Source: Piedraia hortae CBS 480.64
Taxonomy: Eukaryota
Length of the DNA: 64,000 bases
Reading direction: 5' to 3'
Assembly: GCA_010093745.1 (NCBI GenBank)
Contig: MU005998.1
Location: forward strand, 62,001-126,000
Within the stretch, counting starts at the first letter, position 1. Each line of letters opens with the position of its first letter. A program made the translations under genes and the position numbers. Shown in pieces: positions 14,569 to 25,396 of the stretch. Under the pieces are notes generated by a model. That model was not told where the DNA came from. It saw only the letters and a program-made list of their open reading frames with translations, and searched no databases.

Positions 14569-17500
14569 ATGCGCGTCGCGTGGAGCGTTGGACGGCGTCT
14601 CCTCCACCACGGCAGGTCCAGAACGTACAGCAGAATGGCAGCGCCCACGACGCAATGGAGCGTAAGTGACTCTACATAATTCTAGATTTCGGAGATTAAC
14701 ACGAGTCGCAGGCCCCGAAAGTGCGCGCGACGTTTCTAGAGTAAGTTGTCGCGCGGACAGCGACAGATGTGACATTTGGCGACTAACGGCCCAAAAGGTT
14801 CTTCAAGGAGAGGGATCATGTATTCGTCCCGTCGAGCTCGGTGGTCCCTCTATCTGATCCGACGCTCCTCTTCGCTAACGCGGGGATGAACCAATACAAG
14901 GCCATATTCCTAGGCACCGTAGACCCAGATAGCGACTTTGCAAAGCTCAAACGCGCGGTGAATTCGCAGAAGTGCATTCGCGCGGGCGGGAAACATAATG
15001 ACCTTGATGATGTCGGCAAGGACAGCTACCATCATACCTTCTTTGAGATGCTGGGCAACTGGTCGTTTGGAGACTATTTCAAAAAGGAAGCAATCCGGTT
15101 TTCGTGGGATCTGCTGACCAAGGTCTACGGCCTCTCGCCCGATAGACTGTATGTGACTTACTTTGAGGGCAAGGCTGATAGTGGGCTCGAGCCCGATCTC
15201 GAGGCCAAGGAGCTCTGGAAGAGCGTTGGTGTGGCTGAAGATCATATCCTGCCCGGCAACATGGCGGACAATTTCTGGGAAATGGGCGATCAGGGACCTT
15301 GTGGGCCTTGCTCAGAAGTTCATTATGACCGAATCGGCGGTCGTAATGCTGCCAGTTTGGTCAATCAGGATGATCCAAACGTTTTGGAGATCTGGAACAA
15401 CGTGTTTATTCAGTACAACAGGGAGCAGGACAAGAGCCTCAAGCCGCTGCCGAATAGACATGTCGACACTGGGCTTGGGTTCGAGAGACTCGTCTCGGTC
15501 CTACAGAACAAAATGTCGAATTACGACACCGATGTGTTCACCCCGCTGTTCGAGAGGATCCGGGAAGTCACGGGCGCGAGGGAGTATAGGGGCAAGCTCG
15601 GGGATGAGGATCCAGATGGCATCGATACCGCGTACAGAGTCGTGGCCGATCATGTGCGCACCTTGACCTTTGCCATCGCCGATGGAGGTGTACCGAACAA
15701 TGTCGGCAGAGGCTATGTTGTGCGCAGAGTGTTGCGGCGAGGCGCCCGATATGCGCGCAAGTACTTTAACGTTGAGATTGGCTCGTTTTTCTCCCAGATC
15801 GTGCCGTCTTTGGTGGATCAAATGGGCGAAATGTTTCCCGAGATCATGAAGAAGCAGCAGGATGTCATTGATATCCTGAACGAAGAGGAGCTGAGCTTTG
15901 CTAAGACGCTTGACCGCGGCGAGGTCATGTTCGAGAAGTTTGCACAGGAGGCCAAGAAGAACGGCTCCAACGAGCTTCGGGGGAAGGATGTTTGGCGGTT
16001 GTACGATACCTATGGGTTCCCTGTCGATCTCACGAGGCTTATGGCGGAGGAGAGAGGCCTCAAGATCAACGATGACGCAGTCAAGGAAGCACAGGAAGAG
16101 GCACGAGAGGCAAGCAAAGGCGAAAAGAAAGGTGTGACCGACGTCCTCAAGCTGAACGTCCACGATATCAACGCTCTGGAAGAGATGCCTGATGTCCCCA
16201 AGACAGACGATTCGCCCAAATACCAACGCGAGAACATACACAGCGTGATCAAAGCCATCTACTATGACGGCAAATTCATCCAATCCACCTCCGAAGCCCC
16301 CAAAGATGCCCAAATCGGTTTCGTGTTGGCCCGAACAAACTTCTACGCCGAACAAGGCGGTCAAATATACGACACTGGCCGTCTAGTCATTGACGGCTCT
16401 GCCGAAATGAAGGTCGAAAACGTGCAAACATACGCCGGCTATGTCTTGCACACAGGCTACATGTCCTACGGCACTCTCTCCGTGGGCTCCGAAATCCTCT
16501 GCGAATTCGACGAACTCCGCCGGCAGCCGATCCGCAACAACCACACCGGCACACACGTTCTCAACTATGCCTTGCGGGAAGTCCTCGGCAACGAAGTCGA
16601 CCAGAAAGGTTCCCTCGTCGCACCAGACAAACTCCGCTTCGATTTCAGCCACAAGAGCGCCTGTTCCCCCTCGGAACTCCAAAAGATCGAATTCCTCAGC
16701 AGCGAATACATCACCAAAAACAGCCCTGTCTACGCCGCGGATGTCCCTCTCTCCGTCGCGCGAGAAATCGAAGGTGTCCGCGCCGTCTTTGGCGAAACCT
16801 ATCCTGACCCCGTCCGGGTCGTAAGCGTCGGCGTACCAGTCTCAGACCTGATTTCCCAACCGAAAAACCCCGCCTGGAGAGAAGTCTCCATCGAATTCTG
16901 CGGCGGGACACACGTCCAACGCACAATGGAAATCAAAGACCTCGTTATCTTGGAAGAGAGCGGAATCGCGAAAGGGATTCGTCGTATAGTAGCCGTGACT
17001 GGATCCGATGCGCAGAAAGCTCAGTCTGATGCTGCTGCGTGGAAGGAACGCGTAAGCGATCTAGAGAAGGAGGTATACTCTGCATCGAAAGAGGCAAAGA
17101 CGAAAGAAGCACAGCATGAACTCAACTCCGCCGAGATCTCCGCGCGCGAGAAGGGGGAACTAAGGGATCGCTTCGCGAAGGTTGTCAAAGCGAATCTCGA
17201 TCATCAGAAGGCCGCGCAAAAGGAAGAGAATAAACGTGTCCAGGACGCTGTTAAGAAGGAGTTCCCTACAAGGGAGGCAGCTAAAACTGCGGCTGTGGTG
17301 AGGGTTAACGTTTCGCAGAATTCAAAAGCCGTGCAGGAGGCTGTCAAGTTCGTTAGTTCGAAGTTGAAGGACAAGTCAGTTTGTGTGGTTGCGGAGGCGG
17401 GGGATAAAGTCCTCGTGGGGTGTTTTGTTGCTGATGAGGCGAAGGCCAAAGGTTTGGAGGCGAATAAGTGGGCTGGTGTTGTTACGGAGAAGGTTGGGGG

Positions 17501-17609
17501 AAAGGCGGGTGGGAAGGGGAATACGTGCCTTGGACAGGGAACGGAAGTAGGGAAGGTGGATGAGGCGGTTGAGGGGGCGAGGAAGTATCTCGAGGAATTG
17601 GGGATTTGA
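14569..17609 (+). CDS. ALA1: Alanyl-tRNA synthetase (mitochondrial start 14569, cytosolic start 14635; two 5' introns)
   Basis: Spliced N-terminus [36 protein letters not shown], then [33 protein letters not shown], the editing motifs HxxxH (NHTGTH) and EFCGGTH, and a C-terminal GGKAGG. Confidence 0.98.
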
Positions 17610-17669
17610 GGATTTCCCTCTAGGGCTGTTCTCTTCCAATAGAAGTGAGTTTTACCCGATGCCCTTGCC

Positions 17670-18476
17670 CTACGACTTGCTATAAACAAACCCCCCTTCC
17701 CTCTCTTCCACCCCAACCTTCATCTCAGCCAAAACCTCCCCACTCTCCGGATCCCTCATCCCACACTCAAGCACATCCCCAGGCTTAACCTCACCCACCC
17801 CCTCCGGCGTCCCCGTTAGAACCACATCTCCGGGCTCAAGCATCATCACACTCGAAATCTCAGCCAGAACACGCGTAATCCCAAAGAGCATTAGATTTGT
17901 CCGTCCCCGCTGCCGCTGCTTTCCATTGACGTCACACCAAATCTCCACGTCCTCTGGTCGCGGAAGCGAACTCTTATCCACAGGCCCCGCAAGGGGGAGG
18001 AACGTATCGAACCCCTTTGCGATACTCCAGGGTAGACCCTGCCGCTTCGCGTCATCTTGGACGTTACGCGCCGTCATGTCTAGTGCTAGGACGTAGTTGT
18101 TTACGTAGGAGAGGGTTTCTTTTAGTGGGATTGTTGTGGGTAGGTTACGGATCGGGGAGCCGATTACGAGGCCGAGCTCGATTTCGTGGTGGAGGGATAC
18201 GCCTTTTGGGCGGAGGATGCTGGGAGGACTTTCTTTTGGGCTGCTCCTATTCGGTTCGCTCCCCTTCGGATCGTTTTTGTTGGCAAGGAGGATGCTGCTG
18301 GGAGGTTTGAGGAAGAAGAAGGGTTGAGTGGGGGTTGGGTTCTTGAGCTCGGAAATGTGCGCGGCGTAGTTGCGCCCGATGCAGATGACTTTGCGGCATG
18401 AGGATTGGATTCGGTGGAGGGGAGAGGTTGTGGTTGAGTAGAGCCGCGCGGCGAGGCGGCGACTGGCGAGTGGCAT
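17670..18476 (-). CDS. FMP41: Fumarylacetoacetate hydrolase-family protein (FAHD1/Fmp41-like), with mitochondrial presequence
   Basis: KVICIGRNYAAH, FFFLKPPSS, HHEIELG, DMTARNVQ, WSIAKGFDTF and GDVVLTGTPEGVG. Arg/Ser-rich N-terminus MPLASRRLAARLYS. Confidence 0.92.
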   Translation of the reverse strand: MPLASRRLAARLYSTTTSPLHRIQSSCRKVICIGRNYAAHISELKNPTPTQPFFFLKPPSSILLANKNDPKGSEPNRSSPKESPPSILRPKGVSLHHEIELGLVIGSPIRNLPTTIPLKETLSYVNNYVLALDMTARNVQDDAKRQGLPWSIAKGFDTFLPLAGPVDKSSLPRPEDVEIWCDVNGKQRQRGRTNLMLFGITRVLAEISSVMMLEPGDVVLTGTPEGVGEVKPGDVLECGMRDPESGEVLAEMKVGVEEREGGFVYSKS

Positions 18477-18496
18477 TGTTTGTGTTGCGGGGAAGG

Positions 18497-19888
18497 TCAA
18501 CTGGAGAAGCCAAAGGTAAAGGTTTCTTCGTTTTCGGTCACCTTCTTCCACGGGCGATTGCCTGATTCGAGGGTTTCAAGGGCTTGCTCTAAAGCTTCGG
18601 GATGGTGGTGTTTTAATTTGGAGATGAACAGTTCGTAGATGTCGTCGATGTCGTCCCTGAACCCGCTAATGTTTTGCTTTTGATTGCGCAGGAAGTGCAA
18701 CACGGCGGCGAGACGCGGCTGCGAGACAAAGTTCTGCGTAATGGCAATACTGGACTCGAGATTCAGAACGAGGTGATACCATCCACTGGGCACGTGCAAC
18801 ACCTCGCCTTCGTTGCAGATGCCCTCTACGCATCCGGGACTTAACCGTGCCTCGGTATGGAAGCCCAGCAGCCATTCGGCTATGCTTAATGGACTGGTTA
18901 CTTCTGTCTTATCCGCGGAGACATAGATGCCCGGCGGGGGAGATGAGGAGGGAAACATGACCCAGTACTTGCTGCCTCTGATGACGGCGTTCCATGCGCT
19001 CGTCCCGTTGGGATCTTTGTGGAACGTGCTTCCGCTCCGCCCAGGTCCAATGATCAACCAGCGGTAGTCTGGCCTCTGGACACCAAGCACCGAGAACAAG
19101 TCGGTGCCGAAACAGGCTGGCGGTTCGTAGTCTGACTCTGAAAGATGCATCTTCTCGACAAACGAGCGGTCAAACAGGTAAAGCGGGCTCTCGTCGCTAT
19201 TGTTCGACATGTACTCGATATATGTCTTCAGCGGCCAGTCGACTGCCTCTGCGCGGAAGCGGGTGTCAGCATACCGTTCTTGCAGAGATGATAATGACCA
19301 GGACTTGTAGATGGGCCAATTCTTCACAGTATCCGTCAGGATGAACGGCTTGCTGAACCAGCTGGACTGGTACTCTTCTACACTGAGGTCCTTTAGACGG
19401 GATATGCGGTTGTGCACCGGAATGCCCTGGGTAAAAGGCAATAGAGGTACCGTGGCACAGAAAAATGGTCGATGCAGGACATCAGAGAACAGATTGGAAC
19501 AGTCTACTCTTGGCTCTTCAGCCAAACCAAGATATGTTGCCCTCCACGTCCCGCGCCATGAGAACAACTCTGGAGACTTTCTACCTTGCTTAGAACAATG
19601 GGTCAAAGCATCGTTACCGCACACTTACTGTACAAATAATGCCCGCCACAGCTCGTCATCCCTGCTAAACGCGTGCAAAGCTCTACAAGTGCTCCCGAGA
19701 CGTAGCAGATCAGCCGCTGATTGGAGCTCTAGTAAATTTGCCAACACTTCATCTGGCAACAAGGCAAACAGGCCACATGCATCTTTCAAATTCACAGAAG
19801 CTGTGAGAGCATTTCCACCAGGCCGCACACGCAAAGGATGCTTCTGAAGCTCCAATCGGGCCCGTTTCGTAGGCCTCGTGCCGTCCAT
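18497..19888 (-). CDS. F-box + JmjC domain protein (JMJD6-like), 1 intron
   Basis: F-box-like LPDEVLANLL..LLRLGSTCRAL. JmjC motifs DESPLYLFD, GSTFHKDPNGTSAWNA and HVPSGWYHLVLN. Intron GTAAGT at about 19628 to GTAG. Confidence 0.92.
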
Positions 19889-19904
19889 GAGAATTTCTGT
19901 GCGA

Positions 19905-20070
19905 TCACATGCGTGACAGGTGGGGTGTGGAGGGGTGGGGGGAGGGGGGGGGGGGAAAGGTAAAAGATTCACATGCGTAATAGACTGTAATGTACGCGGG
20001 GGAGGGGTGGCGCACGGGCCCTGGAAAAGTCCTCTTGGCAAAAAAAAAAGGGCGACTTTTTCCCTCTCTC
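19905..20070. promoter_or_regulatory. Bidirectional promoter with poly-G tract, poly-A tract and CT repeat
   Basis: Lies between divergent ATGs at 19888 and 20175. The G-run at 19919-19960 is flanked by two TCACATGCGT copies (19905 and 19969), followed by an A10 run and a TC repeat. Confidence 0.55.
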
Positions 20071-20174
20071 TCTCACACAACACACACGACAGCCATTGCG
20101 CAGTCTTCAATTTTCCAACTACTAACATATCCACGGCACATTGCTTGTGGATTTAACAAATTATAACCGCAATC

Positions 20175-21467
20175 ATGGCTAATGCGAAAGGGCTGGAGGA
20201 CATTGATGCGGGTATGCAGCAAGCAGTTTGAGACTCGGACGCGGCTGACGGTGTAACAGGGCAGATCGAGTCCAACTATGACGAGACGGTCGACTCGTTT
20301 GACGCAATGGACCTCAAGAGCGAGCTGCTCCGCGGCGTGTACGCTTACGGTTTCGAGCGCCCGTCGGCCATCCAACAGCGCGCAATCATGCCCGTGATTG
20401 CTGGCAACGACGTTATCGCCCAAGCCCAGTCGGGCACGGGCAAGACGGCTACGTTCTCCATTTCGGTGCTGCAACGCATCGACACTTCGGTGAAGGCGTG
20501 TCAGGCGCTCATTTTGGCGCCAACGCGCGAACTTGCGCAGCAGATCAACAAGGTCGTCGTGGCGCTCGGTGACTTCATGAATGTAGAGTGTCACTCGTGC
20601 ATTGGCGGCACCAGCGTGCGTGAAGACATGAAGGCGTTGCAGGATGGCCCACAGGTCGTGGTCGGCACACCTGGCCGCGTGCACGACATGATCCAGCGCC
20701 GTATCCTTCAGACGGACGCTATTAAGCTGTTTGTGCTCGACGAGGCTGACGAGATGCTCTCTCGCGGCTTTACGGAGCAGATTTACGACATCTTCCAGCT
20801 TCTACCGCAGACGACGCAGGTGGTGCTGCTCTCAGCCACGATGCCGCAAGACGTGCTGGAGGTTACAACCAAGTTCATGCGAGATCCCGTCCGCATTCTC
20901 GTCAAGAAGGATGAGCTCACACTGGAAGGTATCAAGCAATTCTATATCGCAGTCGAGAAGGAGGAGTGGAAACTGGACACGCTGTCGGATCTATACGAGA
21001 CGGTCACCATCACGCAGGCCGTCATCTTCTGCAACACGCGCAACAAGGTAGACAGCCTGACGGATGCGCTCAAGGCGCGCGACTTCACCGTATCGGCCAT
21101 GCACGGCGACATGGGTCAGGAGCAGCGCAACACCATTATGCAGGAGTTCCGCTCGGGCTCCTCCCGTGTGCTCATTGCCACGGACCTTCTGGCGCGCGGC
21201 ATTGACGTGCAACAGGTTTCCCTCGTTATCAACTATGATTTGCCCACTAACCGTGAGAACTACATCCACCGCATTGGCCGTGGCGGACGCTTTGGCCGCA
21301 AGGGTGTTGCCATCAACTTTGTCACGACTGAAGACGCGCGCATGGTCCGCGAAATTGAGCAATTTTACAGCACTCAAATCGAGGAGATGCCGATGAACGT
21401 AGCTGGTAAGTTTTTTGACATCCAAGAAGAGTTATAACAAGGCTAACTGCAAGCAGACCTCATCTAG
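20175..21467 (+). CDS. TIF1: ATP-dependent RNA helicase eIF4A, 2 introns
   Basis: [31 protein letters not shown] and [13 protein letters not shown]. The spliced C-terminus reads MPMNVADLI*. Confidence 0.98.
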
Positions 21468-21687
21468 GTTGGCAACACGAGAAATTATCTGTACAGTAAT
21501 GGGTAATTAGACGAGTCTGTAACTAAACGTTGCGGCCAGAAATCGGGTGTTCACAGTGTACGTCTCTTGTCTACTTTTGTGTCCTTCACGGTCTCTTCGT
21601 AGTCCTGTCGTCCCACAGTGATATCACAAACTCAATCCCAACCCGCAGCCAGTATCCCACCGGCATGCCCGTTTCCGGTAGTTCCAA

Positions 21688-22635
21688 ATGGCCCCGTTCC
21701 CAACAGCAATGCTCTGGGCGCATCAATTAAAGCGCGAGCACGGCCATCTCCTCCAGCGCCTGCGCCAACTCGAGTCGCACGCCAGATTACAGGACGCGCG
21801 CATAGACGAGACTCTCCAAAAACAACGTGTCCCGACCGAGAAAATCGATCCCCGAGCCGCCGAAGGCAGCTCTGTCGAACGCGAGAAACGAGAAAAAGAA
21901 CTGGATGCGAAGATTTCGATGTTGACGGAACGGGTGCGAGGCGAGGAGGTTGATAGGAAGAAATTGGAGGAGAAGATTCGGGTTGTTGAGGATGAGAATT
22001 TGAGGTTGAAGAGGGAGAATGGACTTCTTTGGGGGAGGGTGGAAGTTATTTGGAGGATGGTAGGTAAGGGAGACGATGAGAGCGGGAAGAACAAGGGGGA
22101 GGGAAGGACGGGTGAGGGCTCCCGTGGGACAGCCAAGCCTGCGGCTAATGCTGAGCCTGCTGCGCCCGCTGCACCTGCACCTGCTGCACCCACGCCTCCA
22201 GCTATCGTACCCCCGAAGCGCAGCGAACAAAAACCCCGCGCAGCTGCCCCCCCAAAGGCCGCCGAGGCCGTGATCCCGCAAAAAAGACGACATATCTCAC
22301 CCAAGATGTCCGAGGTTGAGAAACGGCTCATGCGAATGCCTGACGCAAAGGCGAATAAGCTACCAGACACACAGGCAAACAGAAAGACGGAGAAAGGACT
22401 ACAATTGCTGCCTGCAGAAAAAGGGCCGCCGAATTCGAAGTCGCTCCCAATGGCTGACAGGGCCAAGGGGGATAAGTCTGTAGGAAAGGCTGCAACTGAA
22501 AAGGATAAGTGGAGAGCAAAGGAACCCGCGAGGAAATTGGAGACTATATCAGGTACCAAGCGGCCTGCTCCGCCGGCGAAAGCAGCAGCGCCGAGGAGGA
22601 GAATTGTTCAGGTTGATGATAAGATCCCTCTGTGA
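21688..22635 (+). CDS. Hypothetical protein, N-terminal coiled coil plus Lys/Pro/Ala-rich disordered tail
   Basis: 315-aa ORF filling the gap between TIF1 and SNX4. Begins WAHQLKREHGHLL followed by a heptad-like segment. Confidence 0.75.
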   Translation: MAPFPTAMLWAHQLKREHGHLLQRLRQLESHARLQDARIDETLQKQRVPTEKIDPRAAEGSSVEREKREKELDAKISMLTERVRGEEVDRKKLEEKIRVVEDENLRLKRENGLLWGRVEVIWRMVGKGDDESGKNKGEGRTGEGSRGTAKPAANAEPAAPAAPAPAAPTPPAIVPPKRSEQKPRAAAPPKAAEAVIPQKRRHISPKMSEVEKRLMRMPDAKANKLPDTQANRKTEKGLQLLPAEKGPPNSKSLPMADRAKGDKSVGKAATEKDKWRAKEPARKLETISGTKRPAPPAKAAAPRRRIVQVDDKIPL

Positions 22636-22847
22636 GAGTAACTAGTCGCGGGTAAATGATGGTATATAATGGATGCGTACATAATGATCTATACGCAGTG
22701 GATGTCTCCCAACGTGAGAGTGAAGTGGATGTCTCTACTGGTGCTCGTGTCAGCGATGACGCAAGCGTGACTCCAGCTCCAGACGCGGAACGGGACCGCA
22801 TAGGCAACCACATGCTACTAGAACCGCATTAACATAATCGCTACGGA

Positions 22848-24125
22848 ATGGACGAAGATTGGCAAGATCAATGGCAGGACAGCGGGGCCGATGTCGACGC
22901 TGCTGGACCTGCGGCGCAACTGGAGTGCAGCGTGTCGAAGCCGCAAAAGGAAGGCCAAGGAACGGCCAACCCGTACATTTCCTACCTGATCACGACCGAC
23001 ACCGATTTCAAGAGTTTCCAGTCGCCGCACGTCCAGGTGAGGCGCCGCTTCACCGACTTTGTCTTCCTCTACAACACCCTCATGCGCGAATACCCGCAGT
23101 GCGCCGTGCCGCCGCTGCCGGACAAACACAACATGTCGTACGTCCGCGGCGACCGCTTCGGTCCCGATTTCACCGCCCGGAGAGCCTTTTCCCTGCAGCG
23201 CTTCCTCCGGCGCATCACCCTGCATCCGGTCTTGCGGAGGGCGGCCATCTTTAACATGTTTTTGGAGAGCAACGACTGGAACTCGGTCATGAGCGGCCGA
23301 TCGAAGCGTGGAATGTCTTCTGGCAGCGACGGAAATGGCACCGTCATTGATTCCCTCACCGACAGCTTCCTTAACGCCTTCAGCAAGCCGCACAGGACGG
23401 ACAAACGCTTCCAAGACGTAACGGATAGGGCAAAGAAGCTCGACGACGATCTGCGCACCGTCAGCAAAACTGTAGCACGTGTAGCGAGGCGGGACAGTGA
23501 TTTAGGTAGTGACTATACCGAGTTGGCCGCACAATTCCAAGCTCTGGCTACGCTGGAGCCGGGGGTTGGCCAAGAACTCGAGGCTTTTGCCGCCAGCAGC
23601 CGCGCAACGGGTGAAAGCTGGAAGAAATTAAAGGAAACCACGGACCAAGACTATCTCGGCTCTTTGACAGACATGGAGGCTTACATCCGGGCCGTGCAGT
23701 CTCTACTGAAGCTGCGGGAGCAAAAGCAGATCGACTTCGAAGCGCTCACAGACTACTTAGCCAAGGCATCGCAGGAAAGGGATATGCTAGCCTCGCACGA
23801 GACTGCGGGCACGCCGACTGCATATATCCGACAAAAGGTGGAGAATATCCGTGGAATCGATCCGTCTCAATCCCGTCGCACGCGGCAGCGGAAGTTGGAA
23901 ATGGACATTTCTCGTCTTACAGATGAGGTGGAGAAGGCGCGCAAGACGAGTGAGTTGTTTGACGAAGAAGTCGTCAAGGAAGTTGGCGATTTCGAACGCA
24001 TCAAGGCGCTCGAGTTCCGCGACGCTCTCGGCGGCCTCGCACAAGCGAAATGTGACTTCTTCGCCAATAATGTTGAGACTTGGGAGAGGTTTATCAGACA
24101 GATGGGGGAGGGTAGCTGGCCGTAG
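22848..24125 (+). CDS. SNX4: Sorting nexin-4 (PX-BAR)
   Basis: PX motifs VRRRFTDFVFLY, AVPPLPDKH and DRFGPDFT.RR..SL.RFL. BAR-region motifs LREQKQIDFEALTDYL and EV.DFERIK. Confidence 0.95.
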   Translation: MDEDWQDQWQDSGADVDAAGPAAQLECSVSKPQKEGQGTANPYISYLITTDTDFKSFQSPHVQVRRRFTDFVFLYNTLMREYPQCAVPPLPDKHNMSYVRGDRFGPDFTARRAFSLQRFLRRITLHPVLRRAAIFNMFLESNDWNSVMSGRSKRGMSSGSDGNGTVIDSLTDSFLNAFSKPHRTDKRFQDVTDRAKKLDDDLRTVSKTVARVARRDSDLGSDYTELAAQFQALATLEPGVGQELEAFAASSRATGESWKKLKETTDQDYLGSLTDMEAYIRAVQSLLKLREQKQIDFEALTDYLAKASQERDMLASHETAGTPTAYIRQKVENIRGIDPSQSRRTRQRKLEMDISRLTDEVEKARKTSELFDEEVVKEVGDFERIKALEFRDALGGLAQAKCDFFANNVETWERFIRQMGEGSWP

Positions 24126-24368
24126 TCGTCTATCGTCTGCTCTATTCTGTGTCTGCGCCGTCTGTGTCTGTGACGTCAGTGCCGTCATCGATTTCGTCAT
24201 CGGAGGTGTCACTCCCAGATCGGGGTTAACCGTGACAGTTGACGTGCGTCGGGTCGGCCCACGTGCAGTAGCAGCTGCCATGACATCACGTTCACATGGT
24301 AGCGTCGCAAAAAGTCTCCGGCGTGCCACCCACTTCCTCCGTCCTATTCCTTCCTCCACTTGATCAGA

Positions 24369-25250
24369 ATGGCATCCTCCGTGAAGAGGCTGATTCCGCC
24401 TGACCCGGAAAAGGTCATGGTTTTGCGCCGCGTTGCACCAACGATCCTTACCTGCTCGACGCCGTTCCTTCGCGCTGGCTACATCAAGATCGGCGGACGC
24501 GGCACCGTTGTGCAGCTGCAGACTGGCAACTTGGCCGTCTTCTCCCCTGTTGCCTTGACTCCCACGCTGCAGCGTGAGCTTTCGACCATGGGAACCGGCA
24601 AGGTTTCCTATATCGCTGCGTTGGATCAGGAGCACCACATCTTTATCTCTGAGTGGCACAAGTATTTTCCCGAGGCGCGCGTCCTTGCCCCGGACACCTT
24701 GCCGGTCTACCGCGAGAAACAGGGCTACGACAAGCTCCCGGCTGAGAACTGGGTTCTCTTCAAGGACGGTGGAATGCCCGTCTCGCCCGAGTTTGATGCC
24801 GAGTTTGAGTCGGTGTACCTACCGGAACACGTCAACAAGGAACTCGTCTTCTGCCACAAGCCCACGCGCACGCTTATCGAGGCCGATCTCATGTTCAACA
24901 TGCCCGCTACGGAACAGTTCAGCCGCGTCACGGAGAAGAGCGGTATGCTGGTCAACAGTCTTACGCGCGCGTTTCAGTACTTCACCACCACTAACGGAGA
25001 GAATCCGCCGCAGCAGCGTATGGCCAGTCTCATCGCCAGGAACGACCCGGCGGGCTTTTCGAAACACGTCAAGACTATCGCCTCGTGGGGATTCGACAGG
25101 ATGATCCCTTGCCACGGCGACGTGATTGAGACGGGTGGACTGGACGCCTTTAAGCGTGTTTTCAAGGCGCAGCTTGCTGCTTATCCAACTGTTGCCAACG
25201 GTAATGGGGCTACGCCGCCTCTGCCTGACCACACGAAACCAGCCGCATAG
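24369..25250 (+). CDS. DUF4336-like metallo-beta-lactamase-fold protein
   Basis: KIGGRGTVV, AVFSPVALT, ALDQEHH, HVNKELVF, TLIEADL.FN.PA.EQ and WGFDRMIPCHGDVIE. Confidence 0.85.
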   Translation: MASSVKRLIPPDPEKVMVLRRVAPTILTCSTPFLRAGYIKIGGRGTVVQLQTGNLAVFSPVALTPTLQRELSTMGTGKVSYIAALDQEHHIFISEWHKYFPEARVLAPDTLPVYREKQGYDKLPAENWVLFKDGGMPVSPEFDAEFESVYLPEHVNKELVFCHKPTRTLIEADLMFNMPATEQFSRVTEKSGMLVNSLTRAFQYFTTTNGENPPQQRMASLIARNDPAGFSKHVKTIASWGFDRMIPCHGDVIETGGLDAFKRVFKAQLAAYPTVANGNGATPPLPDHTKPAA

Positions 25251-25396
25251 AGTTTGTCCTAATGAGTGTCGTCTGTATTCCTCCTGTCATGTTCCATAGA
25301 CTCGTAATGCCTTAGGCGTTAGACATGTATCCTCTGGTATCATTCCACTCCTTCAATCGCTAGAGGCAGAGCCTCCACCGGGTATTTTCTAAGATG

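Noticed and set aside
15501..16364. 287-aa antisense ORF in ALA1, and similar ones within TIF1, SNX4 and the 21688 gene
   Set aside because: Shadow ORFs caused by codon bias of the real gene on the opposite strand.
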